Below, piece by piece: positions 1 to 14,803 of a stretch of 64,000 nt of DNA. Location: assembly GCA_963924565.1 (NCBI GenBank), contig OZ004612.1, positions 806,001 to 870,000 on the forward strand, written 5' to 3'. The notes beneath the pieces are model-generated. The model searched no databases and was not told the DNA's origin. It was given only the letters and a program-made list of their open reading frames with translations. Within the stretch, counting starts at the first letter, position 1, and each line of letters opens with the position of its first letter. The stretch is from Ascidiella aspersa (taxonomy: Eukaryota). Made by a program: the position numbers and the translations under genes.

Positions 1-1190
1 CGAAATACGACGCTTTTGATGTTTACTGTGTTTTCAATATACATCAAAGTCAAGCATTCATCTATGTTGAATTTGTCAGTATCCTCCTTTAGTTGTTTTT
101 CTAAATTCTCATCGAAACGAGATTGTTGCAAGATGTCAATTGTTTTTATCTTCATTTGATCGTAGATTGCATCATCGCCACAAACAAAGCATATTTTAGT
201 TAAAATATCACCCAAGTGGTAACCGTTTTTAAGGTCAATATCCCGTCCAAGATATTCAAGCATTTCAGAAACAGGTTTGATCAGCTCAGTATCCCAGGGT
301 TTGTTCGGTGTAGCTGACCTACCAAGTGGGAACTTGCAAGCAAAAGTAACCATTCCATCAAACGAAATACCACGAGGTGTGTGCGCATCAAAGAACCAGC
401 CCTTACCAATATTTTCCTCAGGCTTATTAATGAATGGCAACGAAACGTGAGGTATTAGTGTTTCACCAAAGTTTACAACCACAACTTGAAACATCACAGA
501 CACCCAACGGAAATATTGAAGTACTTCCTCATAATCTGAACGATTTTGAACACCTTCTTCCAACAAATAGATGTGCTCGAAATCTGAATAAGGAGTGATT
601 TCATTTCTAGCAAGTGATCCCATTCCAACCAAAGCATATTTACAAGGAGCTGGACCTGTAGCTTCCACACAAAACTCCATTATATCTGCCATGAGCCATT
701 TGTATTTTTCTGTGATGATTTTTTGTAAACTCTCTATCAGAATAGTTCTACGTTGATCGGTTTCTGCAAGTGAAATTGCTTTTAGCGCAATATCCTTTAT
801 CCAACACCGAAAGTCCTTCACTTTAGTGACAGATGCTTCAACCAGTTGCTTCAAACTGTCCACACTGGTGTCATGTCTGCCAGCAAGTTGAAGAACACGC
901 GAACAAAGCTCAACGAGATCTTTCTCAACCTCAGCAACGTTGTCAGGTTTCCTCACAACAGCTGCGTTTAACAACACAGCGCTGCGAATAAGAGATATTT
1001 TCTTGTCTCTGCCCTCGGGTAATACATCAGCTATTTCGTGATATGCCCGGCCGAGTTGATGGATAACTTTGGCGGATTGTCTTACATCACGTTCCTTTCC
1101 GTTTGCGTAACATAATGACTTTAATTCCTCCGCAAGTTCAAAAGTTTTAGCTTTGTAAATACTGGCTTTAGTATCTGAGCACCCTTGCAT
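1..1190 (-). CDS. NTase(GlnD/DUF294-like)-TPR protein, copy 1, 5' part (runs off the left edge)
   Basis: ATG at 1190. Manual translation MQGCSDTKASIYKAKTFELAEELK...GMGSLARNEITPYSDFEH...VNIKSVVFR appears open to base 1 and is near-identical to the N-terminal half of the 17545..20574 ORF. It is missing from the ORF track because no stop lies in the window. Confidence 0.88.
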   Translation of the reverse strand, partial: MQGCSDTKASIYKAKTFELAEELKSLCYANGKERDVRQSAKVIHQLGRAYHEIADVLPEGRDKKISLIRSAVLLNAAVVRKPDNVAEVEKDLVELCSRVLQLAGRHDTSVDSLKQLVEASVTKVKDFRCWIKDIALKAISLAETDQRRTILIESLQKIITEKYKWLMADIMEFCVEATGPAPCKYALVGMGSLARNEITPYSDFEHIYLLEEGVQNRSDYEEVLQYFRWVSVMFQVVVVNFGETLIPHVSLPFINKPEENIGKGWFFDAHTPRGISFDGMVTFACKFPLGRSATPNKPWDTELIKPVSEMLEYLGRDIDLKNGYHLGDILTKICFVCGDDAIYDQMKIKTIDILQQSRFDENLEKQLKEDTDKFNIDECLTLMYIENTVNIKSVVF

Positions 1191-4100
1191 GTTTTAACCA
1201 ATAGTAAATTTCTAAAAGAGCAATTGCTGTAAGTAATACAATACAGAGTAAAATTAATGTTATTTACGTGTTTAACGACGTCTGCATTTCAAGCCACCAA
1301 GTACTACTGACTGTAATTCAACATACATTGTAACTACAGCGTAATATTAAATTTTAAACAATACAAGTTGGCCGGCTGTGACGCGAAAATACATAGACAA
1401 TTAGACATAGAGCCATTGTTTGTCGGCGCGAGCAACGAGCAAACATAATCCCGTAATGTTTGTTTCAAACCTTAACGACAATGTTTCAGGGCGAAGTAAC
1501 AATTTGTAGTTTAGATAAATATATTTTGGAATAACTGTTTTTAATTGTTTCTTTCGACTATTAAAACTACGGCAAAATGCACAACTATTTATAAGTTTAA
1601 TAAATAAATATATTCAAATGCGTTTGCGGTGAGTTCCTACAATTGGTAGCCTACTGTTTTGTTGATTAAATTAAGTTTAAAACTAAAATCGCTGCGTTAC
1701 ATCGAAAACAGAAAATCCGATATAAGGTTGGTTGGTTTGGGACCGATACCACCTATATTATCGGACGACAACCGATACTCAACTTGGCATCGCACAAAAG
1801 CTCCGGTTCGATGTTATCCTTCTGTATTACTGACTTGAAAATTTTGATAATTTTTGACTGAAATTACATGCACTAAAATTGATTTTTTGAAGTCCACATT
1901 TGGAACCCAGTTAAAAGGCAAGTCCTGTTGTCATAATTAAATTTACCTGACGACCAAAGTGAACCTTTCAGCTAACTGGAAGCCACAGCAACAACTTCGT
2001 CCTAAAAATCTTGTTCGATGTTCTGTATGGCGCACTCTATTGACGCACCTACAGCTGCTTTGACGTTTCTTGTACGGTCTAGCAATCTTGCGTGCTACAA
2101 TTGTGCTGGAATTTGTAAAAACCTTTTCATAAAAGGCATTTTTGTCCGTTAAATAGACGTGTTAACTAAAATATCGAAAATAAATTATGTATAGCTGCTA
2201 TTGAATACCGTATTTCGAATTTGTACTGACTTAGGAGCTGGTTTCCTAAACAGCGGAACTAATCACACTGAGGTCGCTGCGAACTTTTCTGCCGTTTCTT
2301 TGTTAGAAGCGCTTGACTGAAAACCAGGCATCCGCAAAATTTCTGTGGGGCAACCTAAGACTTGTGTACAATATGGACGAATCTGTATGTAGCTTGATAA
2401 TGAATCTCAAAGCCAAAAGAATCGAGCAAATAGACATCATCATATTAAATACGTTTTGATACAAACTTGTATCATCTTCAGTTAATGTGACTGAAATCTT
2501 ATTAAGCCTCATGAACTATAAAAGGTGAAACGCAATTTCATTCATGGCGCAATTCATTTCATAATGTATATGGGAGGCAAAACTTGTGGAATAGAATTTT
2601 ATTTAACATCAAACTTTACTTAAAATCATCAACATCTTTTGATAAAGATTTCGCGAACGCTGTGTTAAATAATTTGACTCAAACGCGAAACAAAACGATG
2701 ATGGTTGCAGAATTCGTATTTTTAGACAAACATTTTCTTGTCGTCACAAAATAAATGAAACGTGACGTCATAAAAAGAGTAACATTAAGAAAAAAGTACT
2801 TTGGTCATTCGAAAGACATGTCTTTCTCTGCATTCGGGTTGCTTTAAACATCTCCAATCTTAATACTTCGAAACGTTTTGCTTTCACCTTAGTTTAGTTT
2901 CAACACATTTGTTTGCAAACGTTCACTATAGCGGAATGCTGACGCGGATACAACTTCCAACTAAAAACCTTTAGGTGGACAGACCTCTAAACTCCTAAAA
3001 ACACTTTCTGAGTGGTGTTTTGTGGCAATATTTGTACATCAAGGCCAGGGGCAAAATTAAAAGGTTTACCGACTACACGCTGTTTGGGGAAAATTAATAT
3101 ATGTGAATCACCATTGGTCTCGGCCGAATATTATCGCCCTTTGATTTGGTTTGGGTTATTTGAAGGTTATTTTTCCGAAATTCTTAATAATTGTTGCAAG
3201 CTATTCGTCATATACGATGGGTGATATCGGTACTGGCAAAATACCAATTTAATATAGGAAATTACTGTCATAATTTGCGTTTAGTCTAGTTGCATTTTAA
3301 AACGTAGGTTAAATTTAACGAAAATTATAAGTCAACATCTGTAGGTAACTAAACTTATTTATGCTAAAACAAATTTAGGCCCTATAATAAAAACCTTTAA
3401 ACGTTTTAATTTTGCTTGTTTTTCCACAGTAATGACGTGATTTGGTATCGAATCGCGATACTTGTGTCCAAAATATCGGGTGTGTGTATCGTAATGAAAT
3501 GTCAAGTATCGTGCATCCCTACTTGTAACCAACCAACCATATTATTGTAATGAATTATTGTTTGGTCGTGTAATAAACCACATTTCTCGTTTGTATTAAT
3601 GTTGTGACACTCTGCAACGTTGTATACTGACTATAGACGCTGCCGGACTCAAACTTCATTATTTGGTGAAACTTTAATAAATGCTGGCGATTTGCTTATT
3701 TTATTTGAACACATATCGTGAACGGCGTGAGAATACAAAAACTATTATCACCAGTTCTCAACCTGTTTGATCTTAGATGTAATTAAGAAACCTAAACACG
3801 CCTTACCATCACCGCAAAATACAAAAAACACATGTTTCTATTTACCGAGCGTGTAGCGCCACAGTGCAACTTTTAGGCACAATGTCTTTTGTTTAGCTCC
3901 CTGAAGATTTTTTTCGCGTTCCGTAACATTCTTTTAGGTTACATGTTAATAGCCACATTCATTTAGTATGGGCTATAACACCAGGCTAAAATTTGCACGG
4001 ACATGTTACAACGTAATGCAATAGTGATAAAGAACCCGTATATGATGGATTCTTAATGTTGTTTAACCACGCAAAATTCAGATTAAATTAAATTATTATT

Positions 4101-4689
4101 TTGTTTAACCACCTAAACACATTTTCGCAACTTACCGCGCTTATTGCAGTTGTAGTTAACTTACATCGTCGGGACACCACAGTCGTCCTTAAATATAGCA
4201 ACGCCACAATTTTATTTAATTATGTAATAAAAAGTGCCAGGAATACAGAGTTTAAAGAGGTAGATCACGTTTAAAATGGCTTTATTTGCTGGTAAGTTCT
4301 TCTCAGACAAAATTTCATGAGCGTTTTCCTTTTGAAAACTGACGCGATGAAAGAAGTAACAAAAAGTAATAAAATGAAAGGACAAACTAACCAATCTTAT
4401 AAAGCTTGTTACAACATATTTCTGCAGGACGCTAAGCGAATCAATGCTAATGTCCAGACACCAATGCCCGTTTATTATTCCATTGTTTATTTTTGCACAG
4501 AAAGTCCCTAGTCCTGTAACATTTTAGAAATATATACATAAGAGAAATATTTTGTTTTCCCGAAGCCTTAAAATAAGTTGCACTGAAAAATACTTTTATT
4601 TCAAGACCAAAGTAAATAAACATAACTGATCCATTAAATGTAGCAATTAAAACCATATTTTGAAAGGAATATTTGAGAAGAAATTGTAA

Positions 4690-5010
4690 GCTTCTTAAAA
4701 ATCAAGAACTCGTACAAGTGTCACTTCCATCGCTCGATGTCGCCCTTGAGCTCGATTACTTAACCGCGATCAAATGGCTGAAGCTTAATCTGAGCAAGGC
4801 TGTCAGAACAACACGGCGCTGCCAGTGAGAGATGTTTCATGTTCGCATACGCCAGTTGATTTATGGTTTGTTTGTCGATATCCGTGGCTCTAGTTTATGG
4901 ATAACAATTGCGGATTCTTAACATTACCTTATTTTCATCGATAATTCAGAGAAACTTCCATATCTTTTGTGTAAACGTTAGGTTTCGATTCCAGACTTTC
5001 AGCCGTAACT
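4690..5010 (-). pseudogene. Decayed 5' relic of a divergent NTase-TPR paralog (relic 1 of 4)
   Basis: The minus strand ACATCTCTCA.TGGCAGCGCCGTGTTGTT matches the ISLIRSAVLL codons, and GCAATTGTTATCCA.AAACTAG (AIVIHKL) matches AKVIHQLG. Contains stops and frameshifts. Confidence 0.6.
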
Positions 5011-5874
5011 GACCACAGCTGTTTTAATTATAGCTCCATCGAACATAAGCAAGGTTACCATCGACCTATCAACCAACGAAGGACGGTTAAGTCCTGGAAA
5101 TAAAAATACGGAATCTCTGAACAAATCTTTCATTCAAACGACCCACGGTTTATTACATATTCATTATAAATCTACAACACAGAGACTCACTTAAGATACT
5201 GATTGCTTTAAACGCGATATTGTAGAGTTACCATTGGTCGGATCCAGGGGGGTGACCATCAGGCAGTGTCACCATCCGTCAACAAACATGATATTTCACA
5301 GCTTTTACTGTGCAGATACAAGTTTTTGCAAACAAGGCATGTTTTGTCATGTGTAGACTCGTAAACTATTTCTGCCATAAACTTTAAATACAGCTTGTTT
5401 CCAAATTCTTTTTTAATGCAATGTCAAACATATATTTTGTTTTTCGCATGATTAGCTTGATATCTACTTGCATATTTGCGCACATGTTCACTCGAGAACA
5501 ACAGGTGTTTTAAAGATTAGTTAAAAGCAAAAAAGTAAGAACTTGTTTACTTGTTTCGTATGTGTTCCACAACATAATCTTGCCCAACAACAAAACAAAT
5601 CATGCCGACGATAAAAGTTCTAAAACTTGTTCACGTATGTACAAAGTTAAATAAAATGTTGTTAACCAAAGCAGGCTAAATCAGCCGTTTAGTGTCTTAT
5701 TAAGTTAAAATACATCCAGCGATTCTTCGTAAAAATGCCACCAGTTTAGTAAAGCAATGATTTTTGATTTTTAATCTTTTTTAATGAACTGTCGTAAAAA
5801 TCACATTCATTGGCGTGCTTTTGCTAATGTTAAAAGAATTGAAAATTAAATTTAACAAAAAGTTTAAATATTAA

Positions 5875-6141
<267 letters not shown>

Positions 6142-7958
6142 TGTTTTTTTTAGTTTTTTAAAGGTTTTGTTCGATTTTAAGACTTGTTTGTTGTGCTTAG
6201 CGCGATTATGAAATGTGTGTTCGCAATATTATTGAAGCTACAAATTATACGTAACCTGGTTCTATCAAAAAACGCCCAATTGGACCAATTCTCAATCTAG
6301 GTGTTTTCGGTTAGAAGATTTTTACCAGAAATGGTGTTACTTTTGATATGTTGCATTTTATTTTTCACGTTTGTTAACTAACGCCAGCATAAACGTAAAA
6401 TCGTTGCAATTTGAATATTCTACAATCATCGAATTTCTTCGTGTTTCGCCAGCTATCTTTGTCAATAAATTACGTTTTTTGAAACTTGCTTGCTTTTGAA
6501 GACTGACAATTCATCAAACATCACTTCGTTAAAAAGTTGCACTTACCGACAACAACTGCTGACCCGGACAAGATCCAATAAGATATTTATCGAACTAATA
6601 TCCTCTCTTAGTCACGACCAGACAATTGAAGTGCTGGGAGACTTTTGGTTCTTATTTGTTGTTTAGTTTACAAAACGCGCCAACTCCAGGAATAAAGTAT
6701 CCGTCGTTTATCAAAATTTACATCAGCCGTAAGAAAACATATAAGTTGCCCCTTTTCTTTGTCTGGTGATATCATTTAGACTTTAAGAATAGACATCTAT
6801 TTAAAATGCACCTCATTTTGTAAACTGTTATTTAGATATAACGAAATGATTAGGTGCAATTAAATTGAAATTCTTCGTAGACAATTTTGTTCTTGTGTTA
6901 GAAGGCTAATATTTCGCATCTAAATGAGTATAAAGGCTGTATCAAACCTATTTTGTGTTTCAGTGAAAACCTTTAGAACATCAAAGTTAAAAACAAAATT
7001 GTTTTAATTCGAAATGGTTTTACTTTTAAAAAAGGCTTTAAATTGAAACATTATGTAATTGAGGTTCCAAATAATTCAAATTATACGACAAAAACAATTG
7101 AGTTATTGGTTTTAAAATATATTCAGCTATTAAACTATGAAATTTATGCCTGAAGATTATTTATAACTTTCTTAACAGTTAAAAAATATTGTAAGTTATT
7201 TGTGGGGATTAACTCACGGCAAGAAATGGCGTGTAGTTGCAGCAATTGCAACAATCAACTTGATTAAAGGAATGGCATTTCAGAAAATTTACATTTTAGG
7301 AAAATATATTACGATTTTGTCATAATTATAGTTATTTTATCTTGCAAAATCAACAGAAATCCGTTTATGAAAGTTTTAATGGTCGTAAGATTATGACTTT
7401 GCCGGTTTTTGCAAACACTTTCAACGTATAAATAAACTGGTCTACTAGCGGTTACTAAACTTTTGTTAACAATGCAAAACAGATTTGGTTAGAATGTTGA
7501 GTTTTTTAAAATTGTTTTAGTAATGATTTAGCCTGGATTTTTTTGTGATGACCTTTCACTGGTATTTTATAATTTTTCCTCTAGGTGTTTAGAGCACTGC
7601 TTATTTACTTGCCAGGTCACTTGAGAAAACTTTAGTTTTATTGTTTTTATTTGATCATTGCCTCGATTGTAGTCGGCGTTACGTAACAATGATGAGCGCA
7701 GCGCTGTATTGTGACGCGTGTTGCTAAACAATTCCTTCAGTTATAGAATGTGACGTCATCGCTAAGCGCGATAAACTCTGGTTCGCTTGAAATCGCTTGA
7801 TATTTAACTTGTATGCGGGAATAGGCGACCACTGCTCTACAAACTCAACTAACAACAATATTAACAAAAATATGTTTTATTAAAAATGAAAGAAAGTTAA
7901 ATTTGTCGTGATTAAAAGCTCGGCAAGTTTTATATTGCCATAGCAACGGTTAATTGTC

Positions 7959-10937
7959 TCACTCGCCAAAGGGATGGTCGATTTTGCTCCACCACTTGAT
8001 TGCTGTGTTAAAACCCTTGACTGCTTTTTTAATTAGTTTCATCTGCCAATAACATTCACTGATTCCCAAGTGACAACCTGCAATATGCATCGCTGCTTCT
8101 TCATCGGGATCCGACGTCGAATGAGGTTCAATATCTTGTTCAAAGCATTTCACCGCATTTTCAAACTTGCCAAGTTGTCGATGCGAATGACCGACATAAC
8201 AAATCGGATATGTATATTCTTCTGGTGACACTATTTTTGTGTATACTTGCTGTTTTTCGAAATAAGCAACAACCTGTTCAGGTTTGTTTAATTCAAAGCT
8301 ACAAGTAATAAGTTCCCCATAACATTTTTCAATCATGGCATCTCTCTCTACAGTTTTATGAAAACCCAAATATATTTTTTGGGAAGTTTCCAATGAGTTA
8401 TAAGCTTCCTCGTATCGATCAAGTTGGTAAAGGAAAACTCCAGCGTTATATTGTGCTTTTGCAACTAACCGCATAAAGTCATATCCCTGATGTCTATCAC
8501 ATGTGGAGTTTGCTTCTTTAAACTGATCCAACGCTAATTTGTTATTATTGTTGTTACCATTATGTATTCCAATACAACTAAATATTTCAGCTCTGGCACG
8601 AACTTTGCTTCGCTGAAATTGTTTACTTGAGGGGAAGAGTTCATAAGCTTCCTTACACAATTCACTTGCTCGTAGAAAGTTTTTCTTTTTTTACGTGAAT
8701 TTTAGCCCGAAAACGTTTGCATTTAGCAAGGAGATGACATTTGTCAGTTGGAACGTAATGCTTACTCTTTGAAATCTTTTCCGCCATTTCAATTGCTTTT
8801 TCAGCTTCTGTGTAGTTTTCCATCTCGGTGTGAGTTTGAGCAAGTTCCAAAAACGCAATTGCTGTGTCGTGATCTGAAGTTTCATTAAAAGCTCTTTCAC
8901 GACATTGAAGTAGATATTTCTCGCCGTATTTAATGCTTTCTTTGTATTTACCAATACCAAGGAAATACCTAGCAATGTATAGTTGTGCACTGTTTGAAAC
9001 ATTGTCATTTAGAACAATGTTGATTATATCGCCAGCCTTCTTAAACATACGCGTATCAACATAGAACCCGAACAACTGGCATTGGACTTCTCGTATCTCC
9101 ATATCTGTGGCGCTAAAATGCAAAGCTTGTTCGTACCATTTAATCGCATCCAACTCCATTCCAAGTTCATTGTAACCACTTCCCATCATATACAAGGTGA
9201 AAGCCCGACTTGGATCGCGGTCCTCCATAAAATCTAAAGCATGTTGAAAGCACTCTAAAGCGCATTCGAGCTGATTAACTGCATAGTGACAAATACCTTC
9301 CAAAATTCGACTATGTTTTTTTGTTCCTTTTAACTCAAATACATTTCCGCTTCTGCATTTTTCAATGACCTTTATTGCATCGTTATACAAACGTAAAGAC
9401 ATAATCGACTTTATAACACGAAACCAAGTTGATTCTTTTGGTTCGGATTGCTTGATAGCGAAAATTTGCAAAGTAGAAGCTAAAGAGAAAAATTCAACAA
9501 TTCTTGATTTTCCGAATAATTCGAGCAACAAATCATGAAATGGTTCGAATCTTGCGTCAAGATAATTGCACTGGCCGGAGTATTTGAAGTAAACCCGCAA
9601 CCTAACTTCACAGGCGAAAGCAAGTGCGAACATAAAATCCTCCGATTGTTGCTGTGATATTTGGCTTGGAGTCAATTCCCGCAGAATATCGAAAGAAGAC
9701 GACGATTTGCAATTATATCGTCTACCAAGTGCTGCTATAAACAAAGTGACGCTTCGAAATACGACGCTTTTGATGTTTACTGAGTTTCCATTATGCATCA
9801 AATTTAAGCATTTATTGATGTTAAATTTGTCAGTATCCTCCTTAAGTTGGTTTTCTGGGTTCTCATCGAAACGAGGTTGTTGTAAATGTCAATTGTTTTT
9901 ATCTTTATTTGATCGTAGATTGCATCATCGCCACAAACAAAGCATATTTTAGTTAAAATATCACCCAAGTGGTAACCGTTTTTAAGGTCAATATCCCTTT
10001 CAAGATATTCAAGCATTTCAGAAACAGGTTTGATCAGCTCAGTATCCCAGGGTTTGTTCAGGGTAGCTGACCTACCAAGTGGGAACTTGCAAGCATGTGG
10101 CATCATTCCATCAAACGAAATGCCACGAGGTGTGTGCGCATCAAAGAACCAATCTTGGTCGTTGTTCCGGTCATTAATGAAAGGCAAAGCTACGCTTGGT
10201 ATTATGGTTTCACCAAAGTTTACCACCACAACTTGAAACATCACAGACACCCAACGGAAATATTCAAGTATTTCTTCATAATCTAAACGATTTTGAACAC
10301 CTTCTTCCAACAAATAGATGTGCTCGAAATCTGAATAAGGAGTGATTTCATTTCTAACAAGTGATCCCATTCCAACCAAAGCATATTTACAAGGAGCTGG
10401 ACCTGTAGCTTCCACACAAAACTCCATTATATCTGCCATGAGCCACTTGTATTTTTCTGTAATGATTTTTTGCAAACTCTCTATCAGACTAACTCTACGT
10501 TGATCGGTTTCTGCAAGTGAAATAGCTTTTAACGCAATATCCTTTATCCAACACCGAAAGTCTTTCACTTTAGTGACAGATACTTCAACCAGTTGCTTAA
10601 AACTGTCCACACTGGTGTCATGGCTGCCAGCAAGTTGAAGAACACGCGAACAGAGCTCATCGAGATCTTTCTCCACCTCAGCAACGTCGTCAGGTTTCCT
10701 CACAACAGCTGCTTTCAACAACACGGCGCTGCGAATGAGAGATATTTTCTTGTCTCTACCCTCGGGTAATTCGTCAGCTATTTCGTGATATGCCCGGCCG
10801 AGTTGATGGATAACTTTGGCGGATTGTTTTACATCACGTTCCTTTCCGTTGGCGTAACATAATGATTTTAATTCCTTTGCAAGTTCAAAAGTTTTAACTT
10901 TGTAAATACTAGCTTTATTAACTGAGCACTCTTGCAT
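7959..10937 (-). pseudogene. NTase-TPR copy 2, frameshifted
   Basis: Three ORF pieces (9804..11009, 8662..9801, 7959..8660) are collinear with copy 3. There is a 1-nt loss near 9885, an extra T in the run at 8686-8692 and an extra G at 7971-7973. The motif reads GSLVRNEITPYSDFE. ATG at 10937. Confidence 0.8.
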
Positions 10938-12231
10938 ATTACAACTGTTGTAAATTTCTAAAAAGGCAAGTAAAGTTGCAAAATGTAGGTTAATCTTGTT
11001 ATTTACCAATTAAATGCATTCCAGATCTATTTATTATCTGAGCACCCTTGCATGTTACAACTGATTGAAATTTCTAAAAGAGCAATTGCTGTAAAGTATT
11101 GAAAAACAGATTAAAATCAATCAGGTTATTTAGCTGTTAGCTGCACTTCTGTTTTATAAACAGTCTTTAGTATATTTCAGGTTTTAGCAATTCCTTAACT
11201 AAAAGCAATCAAGTAGGCCTACTACTGACTGTAGTTTTTTCTACAATGTAACTACAGCACAATATTTTGCCGAACAATACAAGTAGGCTGGTTGTGACGC
11301 GACAATAACCAATCGTGACGCGAGAATAATATGGAAGCTGAGCCATTGTTTTTAAAAAGCTAACACCGAGCGAACATAATCCCAGTGGTTACAAACTGCT
11401 ATCAGAACAAATAGACACATTCTTTTATAATTACTTAAATACAGCGAAAAACAAAATCTGAATATACCTACACATTATATTTAGGCAAATATTCGTAAAT
11501 CTTTTATAAATATTTGTTTTTTTTAATTTCACAGTTTTATTGTAATGTGCATCTGTCTTCCTTTTACAAGTGCAAAGTAAAGTTTCAAGGTAAATTGTGT
11601 TTTTTTTTGCAAATTTTACCAAAGTTATCAAAATAGAAAAATGCCAAATAAAATAAAAAAAACACATATCAATGTAAAGTTATTGTTTTTATGCAAAACA
11701 ATTAATGTTCGCGCGAACCCTATATAAACAACAACAAGTGGTTTAAAGCGACTAACACTTAATATCATTAAACCTTATTTATTGAGAAAACTTGTGGCTC
11801 CAAAGTTTTCCAGCTCGACTCTTTCTGGTTTTTTCAATTCTATATTAATAAGCGTCAACAAAAATCGTGATAAGATAAGAAATAAAAGCGGCGAAAAGTA
11901 ACTTGAGTGAAGAAGCAATTTTGACAATAGAAATGGTAAAAAAACACATGCATCTAAAAATACAGTTGCAAAATCGTATTGACATCAAGGTATATGCAAG
12001 TGAATAACAAAACAAACATAGGAAAATGCAAGCAATGCTTACGAAAGCTTAAATATTAGCCGATGGGTAAAATACCGTGATGTGTACAATAATTAATCGA
12101 CTCCCAATCCTAGAGTGTTGAATTTTTTCCTTGGTTATTTTTGTTCATTCTGTAAAAGTTGATTCCGATTTCTCTCGCTCTACAGACTCGAGACTGAAGT
12201 AAACAAAGGAAAAGGTGTTACGTAACAATGC

Positions 12232-12405
12232 CGAGGGCTGTATTGTGACGCGTGTTGCCAAACAATGGCTTGGGTTCTACAAATGTGAGATCCTCGATAT
12301 TTTACAAACTCTGGTTCGCTTGAAATCGCTTGATATTTAACTTGTATGCGGGAATAGGCGACCACTGCTCTACCAACTGAACTATCAACAAAGTGAACAA
12401 ACTAA
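12232..12405 (-). repeat. About 170-bp conserved module with a tRNA A-box/D-arm. Other copies at about 7697-7865, 16545-16715, 34095-34185, 38675-38850 and 42345-42381+46635-46775
   Basis: Shared core gatatttaacttgtatgcgggaataggcgaccactgctctaccaactga(a/g)cta. The minus strand reads TAG(T/C)TCAGTTGGTAGAGC. Confidence 0.8.
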
Positions 12406-13580
12406 TATTTATTTATTATTTATTGAAGTTAATTTTTCCTCAAAAAAAAAACGCCTTCTTCATTCTACCTAATCCTACAATTTTATTAAAATGTATAGTT
12501 TTTGGGTTCCATAAAAATAATTTGAATATATTTATTTAATTAATCTCAATATGTATTTTTATAATATTTATCGAAATGTCTCTATGTTCGCTTCTGCTGC
12601 GCTTATGCTGGCTTTTTAATGGAACAGAACAGTAGGATCTATGACGTCATACTTGCGTCGGGTACCAGTTAAGTATTCAGTTAACAGATTTCAGACACAT
12701 TTGTTGTGTAATTATTTTGGCCGAAAATTTATTTCGGGACATATCTTGTTTTTGGCATTAATTTTGTCAGACCGATTTTTGTCCGAAGCTTTATAGAAAA
12801 AGTCTGCATCGTAGAATTCTTAAATTTTTAGACAAGAAGCAGAATGGTATGTAGGTGTGCTTAAGAGGTTTATGACATAGGGGCCTTCGATTGGGGGAAA
12901 AAAACTAAACTATTGTGACGTCATCGTTTAGGCTTTCTCTAGCTATCGACTCCCGTCTAGTGGTGGAAAAAACTTTTTCAAAATTTAATAATATGGACGT
13001 ACGCGTTCGACGTAAAGTTTATCTATCTTATATAGTTTTTTGAACATTCCCCAAATAGCTCGTCGAATTTAAATTTATTGTTGCGGTAACACATGAAGAG
13101 GCAAGGCCATGTACTAAAATTTCACCCATCGTAGAACTCAAGGAAGCATTGCGATAAGCTTCATTTATATGACGTTTGTGAATTGTGTCACCAGAATGGA
13201 CTATAAGGAAAAAAACTCAAAAAGTTTTCACGAAGATTAATTTTTTAGGCGGCAAGTGCCTATTGGTCACTATCTCTGGAAATATGATTTTTAGGTGGCA
13301 AAAATGAAATTAAATACAAAGTAAGTATTTTGATAAAGTGAATATTTGTGACGCAAACTAATTCTAAAATTAATTTTGCATAGTCTTTACCAAACTAACG
13401 TATAAGAAAATGAAACCCTGGCAACTAATCCTTTCGTATTTAAGACATAAGTTACGGCTGGAAACTTTCGGCCCATATCTGTTTTTGCTTGCAGAAACAA
13501 TTGAGAAAACTATAGAAAAACAACGCCAACCCCCTGAAATAAATAAATAAATAAATCAAAAATAAAAATAAACACTAAAC

Positions 13581-14803
13581 CAGGGGTCGGCAACCTTTCG
13601 TACTCACTATGCCAGTTGATGAATAATTTCAAAATATTAACAACTCACGTACCAAACATTTTTCTATGTTTAATTTTACACTGGCAATCAGGGCTGCGGA
13701 GTTGGTTAAAATAAACCCGAGTTCGAATACAGCTAACTGCGCAATTTTATCCATTTCCGAGTCCGACTCAACCTGTATTTCACCGATTTACGTAACTAAA
13801 ACAAGTTCGATATTGAGCAACCCAAACATAGGGATCATATGGAAAATATGCCACCATGCTATTTCACCTATCAATTTACAGTTCGCTGCCTTATCAGTCT
13901 CGAAATCTGGTACAGAGGCGTAGCCAGGGGGCACAAGGGTAAGCAGTACCACAACAATCGATCAAGACATGCTACATCTATAATTGTCATGCACTGTTAC
14001 ATCACAAACGATGGAGCTATTATTACGTTTGCTTTCCTTATTACCGCAGTTTTACTACATTTAGCCAGTTTTTGCTTTTTGAATGGTTTTTGACGATTTG
14101 CTAGCATTGTTATTTGTGCTCGCTACGGCAGTTCATACAATGATAAAAGCTAAACAAAAAAGTTCAAACATTTTGGCCCACTCCCAAAAATGTTCGACTG
14201 GCTACGCTGACCTGCTACTGCTCATGCGAACACGTCGAACTCGGGTAGTTTTTCCCTAGTTAATTGAGTCCCGAGTCCGACTCCGCAGCACTGCTGTAAT
14301 CTGACATCTAATTTACGTATCTTGAAAACGCCATTAAACCTAATTTCATAAATTAAATTCTGTAAAGATACTCTAACCCTGCTAAAAAAACGAACTGTCA
14401 CGTAAACAACACTGTGCCCGCTATTTTGGAACATACTTCGACGCCTTTCAGCCGATACCTAGAAGTGTCAATAATATCAGTTTGGCTTTTAGCCTGGTTT
14501 CTCAGTCACCCAAAAGCACACGCTTTCTTTCAATAAGGAATGCCCTGCTTCGGTGGCTTTAACGCAGTAAACATCACGCCAATTTTAGAGCATTGCGACG
14601 TACGACCACAAAAAATACTGTTAAAGTCAACAGTTAAGACACTAATTTATTGACAAGAATTGAAAATGTGTGCAACCGTTTAGTTAGCCCTAGTGTTAGT
14701 GTTTTCTCGAGTGATACAACATGGGCGTTAAATCATTTGGAGTGCCCGAGAAAATCATCTCGCGTGCCAAAAGTGGCACGCGTGCCCGGGTTGCCGACCC
14801 CTG
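13581..14803. mobile_element. Non-autonomous hAT element with two further TIR elements nested inside (about 13689-14293 and 13912-14215)
   Basis: TIR CAGGGGTCGGCAACC / GGTTGCCGACCCCTG with 8-bp TSD CACTAAAC. The empty site lies at about 40716-40723 in the duplicated segment. Inner TIR pairs are CAGGGCTGCGGAGT/ACTCCGCAGCACTG and GCGTAGCCAG/CTGGCTACGC. Confidence 0.88.
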
